The notes below the pieces were generated by a model that was given only the letters and a program-made list of their open reading frames with translations, was not told where the DNA came from and made no database searches. From the NCBI RefSeq assembly GCF_006345805.1, contig NC_043020.1, positions 2,170,001-2,234,000 of the forward strand: 64,000 nt of DNA, in the 5' to 3' direction. Below are positions 54,832-64,000 of this stretch, one piece after another. The translations under genes were made by a program, and so were the position numbers. Numbering within the stretch: the first letter of the stretch is position 1; every line of letters starts with the position of its first letter. This DNA is from Octopus sinensis. Taxonomy: Eukaryota.

Positions 54832-54970
54832 ATGTGACAATAGTCGGTTGACTTAATAAAACTCAGAGTTTCGGATGTCTGAGTTTTATTATGGCAACCG
54901 ACTAATCGTCACATATTATTTATAGATAAATTCTCTATTTACATAATATCATTCATTCTTTTGTTGTCAT
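54832..54970 (+). mobile_element. Miniature fold-back PLE pLTR remnant next to (TA)n
   Basis: Inverted arms at 54832-54867 and 54878-54914. The sequence GAGTTTTAT...ACCGA.TAAT...TATAGATAAATT.CTCTATTTACATAATAT parallels the pLTR end at 24525-24625. Confidence 0.75.
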
Positions 54971-54985
54971 ATTATTATTATTAAT

Positions 54986-55018
<33 letters not shown>

Positions 55019-55051
55019 CGTACATATATATATATATAATACATATATATA

Positions 55052-55141
<90 letters not shown>

Positions 55142-55294
55142 AAGGTCATTTGCAACCATGGTATACTATAAATTATATTAAACTCAATTCAAATTATCCA
55201 TTTTTTATCTTCGATCTCATTGTTTGGTTTGTTTACATTTGTCGTCTCGTATACGAAACGTAGTAGAAAAAAATGGTTTATGTTTCCTTTAACA

Positions 55295-56325
55295 CCCGGC
55301 CACCAAAACAACAAAAACAAAAACTAAGTCTAATAGGTGTAAAAATAAGTGCATTAAACGAATCTGACAGCAAACATTTGCGCCAACAAACCGATTATAA
55401 AGAAATTTGTGGGAAAAATTTTTTCCGAGGGCGTGGGGAGAAGACTTTAGAATAGAATGACATTCTTAAATTATTTTTTGCTTGAGTGTAATGGAAAAAA
55501 AGTTTTTAAAAAATCTTTAGATTCAATTATTTTTTGTTTGTGTAATAGGAAAAGTGGGGATTAATGCAGTTTTGCATCTCGCCTTGAAAAATTCATGTTT
55601 TTGAAAAAAATATCTGCGGGTTCTTAGGTTTTAGAAAACCCACGAAAACCAATGACAATACTTTAAATAAAATTGAAAGTTTTTATAAGCTTCGAGAAGT
55701 TTCACTGAAAATATACGCATGTGGTGCAGAGAAGGCTTGTTTAGTTAGTTTGACGCATGCGCAAACGGATTTAACAACAGATATACATGCATCAAACGAA
55801 CCTTCTTTGCACCACATGCATATATTTTCAATTAAACTTGTCGACGCTTATAATAAATTTCAAATTTATTAAAAGTATTGTCATTGGTTTTCCAATTTTT
55901 TTGGCATATTCGTAATTTCCGGCATCTAAAACTTCGGAATCCAAAGAAATCTTTTCAAAAGATGCATTTTTCAAGGGGGGTGGGTGAAACTGTATTAGCC
56001 GCAAATTGCTTATTGGTGACCGGGAGAACTTGTAGTAATTAAACGAAAATATTAAACAAACAAGGAAGGAAGGTATCAGATGGTCGTGAGATGTACTAAA
56101 AACAACAGCTAAATCACCCTTAACTTTTACCATAGCACTCAAACAAAAAAAATAATTTATGAATTTCTTGCTCTTCGAAAGTTCTTTCCCCACCCCCTCG
56201 GAAAAAGTTTTCCCCACAAATTTCTTTATAATCGGTTCGTTGGCAAAATTTTTGTTCTCATATTCGTTTAATACACATTTTTTTACACCTATTACATTTG
56301 TTTTGTTTCTTTTTGTTTTTTGGTT
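55295..56325. mobile_element. ~1-kb foldback element with long diverged inverted arms, centre near 55775
   Basis: For example AACCGATTATAAAGAAATTTGTGGGAAAA vs TTTTCCCCACAAATTTCTTTATAATCGGTT, and GCATGTGGTGCAGAGAAGG vs CCTTCTTTGCACCACATGC. Confidence 0.85.
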
Positions 56326-56479
56326 TAGATGATTAGGTATTAAAATAAACATTAACCGCAAAAATTAGTGCTATTTATAATTTCTATAGAATCTCTGTAG
56401 AAATAACCTCAACAAATAATGTAAAGCGCACTGCTAACTCAGTAGAACGTGGCATTGATTTTAATATACTCTATAGTCC

Positions 56480-56875
56480 AAGTGGCAGAATCGTTAGCAC
56501 GCCGGGCGAAATGCTTAGCAGTATTTCGTCTGCCGCTACATTCTGAGTTCACATTCCGTCGAGGTCGATTTTGCCTTTCATCCTTTCGGGGTCGATTAAA
56601 TAAGTACCAGTTCCGCACTGGGGTCGATGTAATCGACTTAATACGTTTGTCTGTCCTTGTTTGTCCTCTCTGTGTTTAGCCCCTTGTGGGTAGTAAAGAA
56701 ATAGGTATTTCGGCTGCCATTACGTTCTGAGTTTCAAATTCCGCCGAGGTCGACTTTGCCTTTCATCCTTTCGGGTTCGATAAATTAAGTACCAGTTACA
56801 AACTGGGGTAGATCTAATCGACTAATCCCTCCCCCCAAATTTCGGGCTTTGTGTGCCTAGAGTAGAAAAGAATAT
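56480..56875 (+). mobile_element. SINE family B dimer
   Basis: A unit with tail 1 joined at GAAATAG|GTATTTC to a headless unit with tail 2. Confidence 0.9.
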
Positions 56876-56887
56876 TACTTGTTAGTA

Positions 56888-57033
56888 TATTAGGTTGTCC
56901 CAAAAGTTCGTAAACACTTGCGAAAATTGAATTTTTACTCGCCAAGTACTAACAAAAAACAACAAAAATTATTCCTCAAAATAAAGACCATTATTTTCCA
57001 AGACTTTCTACGAACTTTTGGGACAACCTTATA
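56888..57033. mobile_element. 146-bp mariner-derived MITE
   Basis: TIRs TATTAGGTTGTCCCAAAAGTTCGTA and TACGAACTTTTGGGACAACCTTATA. The internal minus strand reads VLENNGLYFEE*, a mariner C-terminus. Confidence 0.88.
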
Positions 57034-57801
57034 TTATGGTTGCACAACGGAATACCACGTACCTATAAATCATGAATATATATATATATATATATATATA
57101 CCACAAGATGGATATACTGGGCTTCGTATATTTTACCCCAGTGTCACTTTGATGGCATGCACCGTTCTCTCACTCAATAATAATATTAATAATAATAATA
57201 GTAATCCTTTCTACTATAGACACAAAGCTTGTAAATTTGAGGGAGGGGGAGGAGGGGCTAGTCGGTTACGTCGACCCCAGTGCGTAACAGGTACTTGTTT
57301 CATCGACCTTGAAAAGATTAAAGGCGAGGTCGACCTTGGCGGAATTTTAAAGTTCTGAGTTGAAATTTCGCCGAGGTCGACTTTAATTTTTTCGATACCG
57401 ATAAAAATAAGTACCAGTTGAAACATGGGGGTCGATGTAATCGAATACCCCCCCCCCACTTCCACCGTAAAATATTTTCAAGCTTTTCGCCTGTAGCAGA
57501 AAAAAGAATTAGGATTATCTTTTTCTCATCAGACATGTACGCCTTCATTTTAAGTTACCGTTTCTGATTTGTTTTTACTAATAAAGTCAAGACCACCGCT
57601 ACCACCATCATCATCACCACCACCACCAAGAACAACAACAACAACAACAACAACGATAGTGTAGAAAACTGTGCCAACCGCCATTTGCAGTCAGATATTA
57701 AAAACAAGAAAACAAAGACATAAAACAAAAAATAAATATTCGATACTCGCGTAATATTTCGTTCGAACCAAAAAATCAATACAAAACAAAATCCGTTGTT
57801 T

Positions 57802-57833
<32 letters not shown>

Positions 57834-57959
57834 GCAGTTATTGTTAATATTTTCGTCGTTGTTCTTGCTGTTGGTGTTGCTGCTTCGGCTGCTGTTGGCT
57901 GTAGATTTGTGCTAGGTGTTGTTCTTGTTGCAATTGTTGCTTACGTCGAGTTGCTGATC

Positions 57960-58022
57960 TTCTTCTTCGTTTTCTTCTTCTTCTTCTTCTTCTTCTTCTT
58001 CTTCTTCTTCTTCTTCTTCTTC

Positions 58023-58053
<31 letters not shown>

Positions 58054-58345
58054 CCACCTCCTCCTCCTTGTTCTTCTTCTTCTCCCCGTCTTCTTCTTCT
58101 TCTTCTTCTTCTCCTCCCTCCTCCTCTTCTTCTTCTTCTTCTTCTTCTTCTTCTTCTCCTCCCTCCTCCTCCTCTTCTTCTTCTTCTTCTCCTCCCCTTC
58201 TTCTTCTTCTTCTTCTTCTTCTTCTCCTCCTCCTCCTCCTTCTTCCTCCTCTTCTTCTTCTTCTTCTTCTTCTCCTCCTCCTCCTCCTCCTCCTCCTTCT
58301 TCTTCTTCTTCTTCTTCTTCTTTTTTTTTCTTCTTCTTCTTCTTG
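57960..58345. repeat. (CTT)n/(CCT)n polypyrimidine tract
   Basis: Directly visible. Confidence 0.96.
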
Positions 58346-58708
58346 CGGTGTTGTTATTGACTTGTTTTCTATCGATATTTGTATTTAAGTGACTTTTCTC
58401 TCCGCTTTTTAAATGAATATTACTTTTTCTTTAGTTAATGTACATGCATATGTATCTACGTATGTAAATGTACGAGTATATCTGTGTATATGTGTGCATA
58501 TACGTGTATGTGTGTGTATACACATATGTGTTCACGCATATGTGTATATGTGTATATGTATGCATGTCTGTATGTTTACGTACATGTTGAATGTATCTAT
58601 ATATGTGTTTTACTATTAATATATATATATGAGTGCATAGAATTTATATGGTATATATAATATATATATAATATATATATATATACAAACATAGATACGT
58701 ATATACAT

Positions 58709-58755
<47 letters not shown>

Positions 58756-58816
58756 ATATATATATCTATATATATATATATATTATACATATTATATATA
58801 TATAATATATATATAC

Positions 58817-58859
<43 letters not shown>

Positions 58860-59056
58860 ATGGTTTTTAATTATTTAAATACTTCCGATAAAGAAAGTAA
58901 CTCGTTTCTAACGAAGACACAGATTCATCACTGTTGAACATTGGAAAAATACCTGTATATTTTTATTTTTCATCTTACATATATCCCCGCACTCATATGT
59001 ATATACACACATGCACACGCGCATCTATCTATCTATCTATCTATCTATCTAATCAG

Positions 59057-59116
<60 letters not shown>

Positions 59117-59117
59117 C

Positions 59118-59148
<31 letters not shown>

Positions 59149-59448
59149 GGAGCGAGAGAGAATATACAAGTGTGTTTTCGTAAAGTGTCGTTATGCAATA
59201 GGTATATACTATGGGCGCTCTGTATGGGTAACTACTTAAACTCCGGTTTGAAAGCCACTGAAAAAATGTGCTGAAAATGGCTACCAAAGGTGGCTGTAAG
59301 TGGCTTTTCCTTGAGCGGGTTTATATAGATTAAAATAGTAAATGATACGTCAAAACATTTGACACTAGTCGAAAAACCTTTAATTTAAATAAAGATTATA
59401 AGCATAGTGCAGAGTAGTTATGATAAATAGAGTCCCTTACAGCTGTTT

Positions 59449-60667
59449 CTAGAATGCCAAATTTTTTGGTTTTATATTTTCTGTTTTAATATTATAATAA
59501 ATAATAAATATTTTAATAATGGACATAAATTGCAGTCTATTATCTGATACTATCGCGTCTGGGATGCCAAATCTCGCAAATAGCTCGTGTAAAAAATTTG
59601 CCACAGTGGAGGAGTTTGACTTTTTACACTTAGAAATGTTTGGCCATTTAGAGAAACTATCCCCTACCACTAAGTATCTACCACTAAGTAGTATGAACCG
59701 TTTAAAGGAGCAACAAAATCGAAGTGTAGTCTCAACCGCGGAACATCTATTTTTGGCCAAGGTTCACCTTTTATCGTCGGTAATTTTGCCGCTAGAATAC
59801 ATCCTCTACAACTTGCATTAAATTTACGATTACTCATTCCATTTTTGGCCAGTACACGTAGCTACGCATTAAAGTTTTCATCAGTGAAATATCAGGATGT
59901 CTCACACAATATTCTCTCAACATTTTCATTTGCAATGTTTCAAGTATTACATCTATCTGTGCATACATCAGTACACCATCACAAATGGAGTATAGGTTCA
60001 CGTTTGGTTTCATTTCGCACCATTCCAGTTCCTATTTACTTTTCCTGGTTACAGTATTCTTTTCATTTCTGTTATGAATTTGTCCATTACTGCATTTCGT
60101 TTTATGTCTTCTAGGATTACCTGTAATTCGCGTTACACATTCCACATTGCACTTTTTATTTTTCCGTCTGATCTTAATGTTGCAATTACTGTACCTTCGA
60201 ATGGCTCGCATTAATTGCAGCATCTGTTACTGTAATAGTAATTGTTGTTGGTTCTGCTTCTGCCGATGTTCTTGCAGTCGTAGAATGCTACTGTTGTTGT
60301 TCTTGCAGTTGTTGTTGTTGCTATTTTTTGCAACTCGAGCAAACCGGCCAACAATTTCCCCATAATTTTATGATTTTGTATACCGTAAAATTCGCACAAA
60401 AACTTTTTGTGAGTTTCGTAACTCCGTGTGAATTCGTTCATTGCTCGTGAGTTTGTTAATTCCTCGTCGCCATTCGTGTAATTCCCTGTCGGACTGTTAT
60501 CACGCCACTCTGGTGCAGCAGTATAGCTGGACAAGTTAGACCACGACTATCTATGACCGTCTACTTCCTACTCTCTACCTACACTGACTGACAGTATTTA
60601 TAATGGCTAACACATACCACACGTCACCTGGGAGGGGTGCACCATTATAACTATTACCCCCATAACA
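59449..60667 (-). mobile_element. Deleted Ty3/Gypsy LTR retrotransposon: integrase core fragment, possible gag start and LTR piece
   Basis: YLVVGDSFSKWP...NFLHELFARFGIPDAIVSDNRLQF and upstream CRGCILAAKLP. TGTTATG begins on the minus strand at 60667; the LTR assignment is weaker than the integrase call. Confidence 0.8.
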
Positions 60668-60955
60668 CCTTCCAGCCTTCTGACTTCCATTATATATGTC
60701 TAAATAAATTATATACATCAAAATCACTTTAAGAATACGTATATCAATATAATTACAGTTTAACTATGAACATTTATTCTGTGAAAGCGTGTATCAATAT
60801 TTTAGCTTTTCATGCATTTAAACATATTGAATAAAATTATTCTCCACTTACGTTAAAAGGTTTAATCTGTTCTAATTACTTTATATATATATACAAGAAA
60901 ACTTTTTGGTGAATATTCAATTCTCCCTCAATATCCTACACGCACACACACACAC

Positions 60956-61345
60956 ACTAACAATGCATCCCGGCGTTGCCCGTCCGTGATGACATACAGC
61001 CGTATTGTATTGTTTGTTCTTTTCTTATGGACAGAATCAGCACAGCTGATATACAGTGAACTTGGTTACTGACGTAATGGAAGGGGAGAGAATACAATTT
61101 GCATGGGTCTGCATTAAAGAGCTTTCTGTTCTTAAGAAGGATCACAAACTATGTATTGTTTCATCGTATAAAAGAGGGTTTGCCCAGAAATCACGTTTAC
61201 AAAATTTTAGTTTCCCTCCATCACCACCGCAGTTTCTTAATTAGTAACGTTTTTTACGATTTTTTTTTTGTGAAGATTGATTCCCTGGTGTGGGCAGCAA
61301 GATGGTAACAGACAGACAGACAAACTGCTATTCATATGTAAGATA
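60956..61345 (+). mobile_element. Non-autonomous Helitron/Helentron-like element
   Basis: 5' ACTA...CCCGGCGTTGCCCG and 3' (CAGA)n...ATATGTAAGAT, the layout of Lep1/DINE-type elements. Confidence 0.55.
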
Positions 61346-61391
61346 CGTGTGTTTATGTGCATGCATTAATGTTTATAATGTATGTGTGTGC

Positions 61392-61437
<46 letters not shown>

Positions 61438-62857
61438 ATATATATATATAAATATATATATATACATTAATACATACACACACTCACACACATGTATACA
61501 TGATGGGATTTCCCACAGTTTCCGCCTTTTTAGGGTCTTTTGTAGAAGACATTTGAACAAGACTTACCATTACATTCCATAATGAAGTCTGTTGTATTTG
61601 CATTTGGCGGTGTTTTTTTTTAATTTTTGAGAATATTCCATGCATATTCCTTTTCTGGAAACAAGCATTTAAAATTCCATTCGATGACGCTGTTTGTTGT
61701 TTTAGTAACAACATCATACTGCATTGTAAGGTAGTAACTTAATGATGTTTTACAGAAGCTGTTTATTAGATGAGTAATATCGTTCATGAAATAATCAATA
61801 TTTTTTGTCACATTTTGTGTATATAAAGACATCATCGCTATCTTTACATATCCATCACTGTCTTTAAATAAGTCATCATCTTTCGCTCATTAGGTATTTC
61901 ATTAACTTTCATCTTTTACTTGTTTCAGTTTAAGACTCCGATCATACTGAGGCCCAACTTTGAAGAATCTTAGTCGAACGAATCAACTCGACTCCAGTAC
62001 CTTTCTATTGTAACTGTTAATGGAGCGTAACCTTCAAAATGTGACGAATCCAAGAGTGGTTACGCTCCATGTTCATGTCTACGTCAAGTTCAAGTTTATA
62101 GGACATGCCTTTACACAACCTGTTTGATGGTATGCAGAGAGTTTCTCTTCAAAGCCTTTCTCCAAATACGTTTGTCCAGTCATTCTACCGTTACAGAGAA
62201 GGTCATTGAGAAGTTAGTACTTTCTAAGGAATTCGCTAACGATTCATAGGATATTGTTCCCTTAAGGTGTAAGTACTTGAATGCTGTATTTACTTTTGCT
62301 GCTGTTGTTTAGCAGATGATATAAAAGTGATACCATACAAGAGGCAGTTTGCACTGATTTTCAGTTTCCCCTCCTTTCTCGCATTTTTCTTCTGAGATAG
62401 AGTTTGCCAATATTACTATTTTTGTAGAAACTTGTAGCTGACCTCAGGATCTTGTGTGCTTTAATGTCTATGAAACAGATTCCTCTGTAAACCAATCAAA
62501 TATCCTAAACGCATGTATCAGCCGTGATACTGAAATGACATAAAAAGAAAGCCTCGATTGCCATATTTTGTAAAGTTTAGCATAATATTTTGGGTGTTCC
62601 ATCTTTGGCGAGATCAACTCTGTTTGATACATTTTCATCTTACAACGAATTTTTTTTTATCAAAACTTAAGTATGTGTAAGCTGTGTAGAACTTTGAAGA
62701 TATACAGACCATTGATGTAAAAGTTTAGAAAACATTTCACCGCGTTCATCTGTCAAATATGATTTCTTTTGGCCAAATTCCATCACAAATCAGCTGAAAT
62801 TGCTACCAAATTTAATTATTTCCCATCATTATAGACACTGCCACTATTTATCTTTAG

Positions 62858-63183
62858 ATCGTCCTCAAAGAAATTCAATTACACTAGTGTTTACTAATGT
62901 TGCAGATCCTGACACAACCGCAGGCGGTTTCTGTAAAAGGGCCAGCCGTGGATTTAGTACAAAAGAATCAAGAGGACAGAGAGGTTCATTAAAATATTTC
63001 TTTGAAGGGAGCCAAAAACATAGGACACACGTTGCACTTTCTGGTACAAGTGTGAATATTGTTGGCCAGCACTTTGCGTGTGTTTCAATGACAGAAACAA
63101 ACACAGCACTAACAACTTCTCTTAAGGGCAGTAACCCCAGCAACCGCGGTGAGGTAACAGAACCAACTGACTTTGTGACATGA
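62858..63183 (+). CDS. Candidate terminal coding exon of an unidentified gene (phase 1)
   Basis: Acceptor TATTTATCTTTAG|AT, then about 108 non-repetitive codons (DRPQRNSITLVF...EPTDFVT*). No transposon motif or known domain was recognised. Confidence 0.4.
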
Positions 63184-63658
63184 AACCAGTGAGTCACAAG
63201 ATAACTGTGGTGTTTTCTTTAAGCAGTAAGATGTTATTTATCGAAAAATGTTCGGCCCATCCACACACAGTCTTCTTTCCTGATGCCTTCTCATCGATTA
63301 CTAACCTGATAAACTCGTAGCAGCAACGGGGGAATTGACTAAAACAGTTCTTGTAAAGTTTGAGCATAATGGTTTGATATACAACAGGCTTATAGCCCTT
63401 TTTATCAAGCCAGTGTTTTCATAATTGACTACAAAATTTATCCTTGTCATTGTAAACGAAGCTCCTTATAGTTCTTTGCACACACACACACACATATATA
63501 ATATATATTATATACACGCACGCACACACCCCCCACCCACCCACCCACCCACAAACACACACCACACACACATATATAAATACAATGTACATTTAAACAC
63601 ATAAGAGACATCCATCATAAGGATCCTTGCACGCTAGAAGAATAGTTAAATTCCAAAC

Positions 63659-63693
<35 letters not shown>

Positions 63694-64000
63694 CACACAT
63701 ACACATATAATGTATATTTTATATATAACGAAATGTTAGCGCTAAGCAGCATTTGGGCATAAGCAAAATTTAAGTTAATTAAAGTATGTTTGTGACATAT
63801 AAAGACCAAATAGACGGCAGTTTGCGTGGAGAAAATATCTCTTTTATGGTAAAGGTGTGAAAACACCCGGTTTATGCATGTAACACGCTATTGTTTACTC
63901 TTTTACTCTTTTACTTGTTTCAGTCATTTGACTGCGGCCATGCTGGAGCATGGAGGTCAATTCGCTCAACTAAAAATATTTCAAGGCGATGCTCCGGCAT

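Noticed and set aside
57475-57540. Minus-strand CTGATGA...GAAA-AGCT-TG
   Set aside because: G at the cleavage position, no stem I, and it overlaps a SINE B tail.
62050-62500. Possible decayed RTE LINE on the minus strand (FKYL-like motif)
   Set aside because: Too degenerate to support by eye.

Overview
This is AT-rich, microsatellite-dense eukaryotic DNA. The SINE families and repeat density resemble an octopus (coleoid cephalopod) genome; that assignment comes from my recall of these repeats, not from a search. No intact host gene can be demonstrated. The best candidate is a possible terminal coding exon at 62858-63183, and most ORFs in the track are translated microsatellites. The window is a graveyard of mobile elements: at least three tRNA-derived SINE families, Tc1/mariner and pogo remnants, RLE-type and RTE-type LINE fragments, a Gypsy remnant, non-autonomous rolling-circle-like elements, a ~1 kb foldback and a tRNA-Ile-derived pseudogene. 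The most notable signal is a set of Penelope-like retroelement (PLE) remnants and short inserts in (TA)n tracts that carry type I hammerhead ribozyme motifs. Several share an unusual GAAA-CNC-N-GNG-UU stem III with a GUU cleavage site, a long stem II and 5' fold-back inversions. The cleanest example is at 14642-14713.
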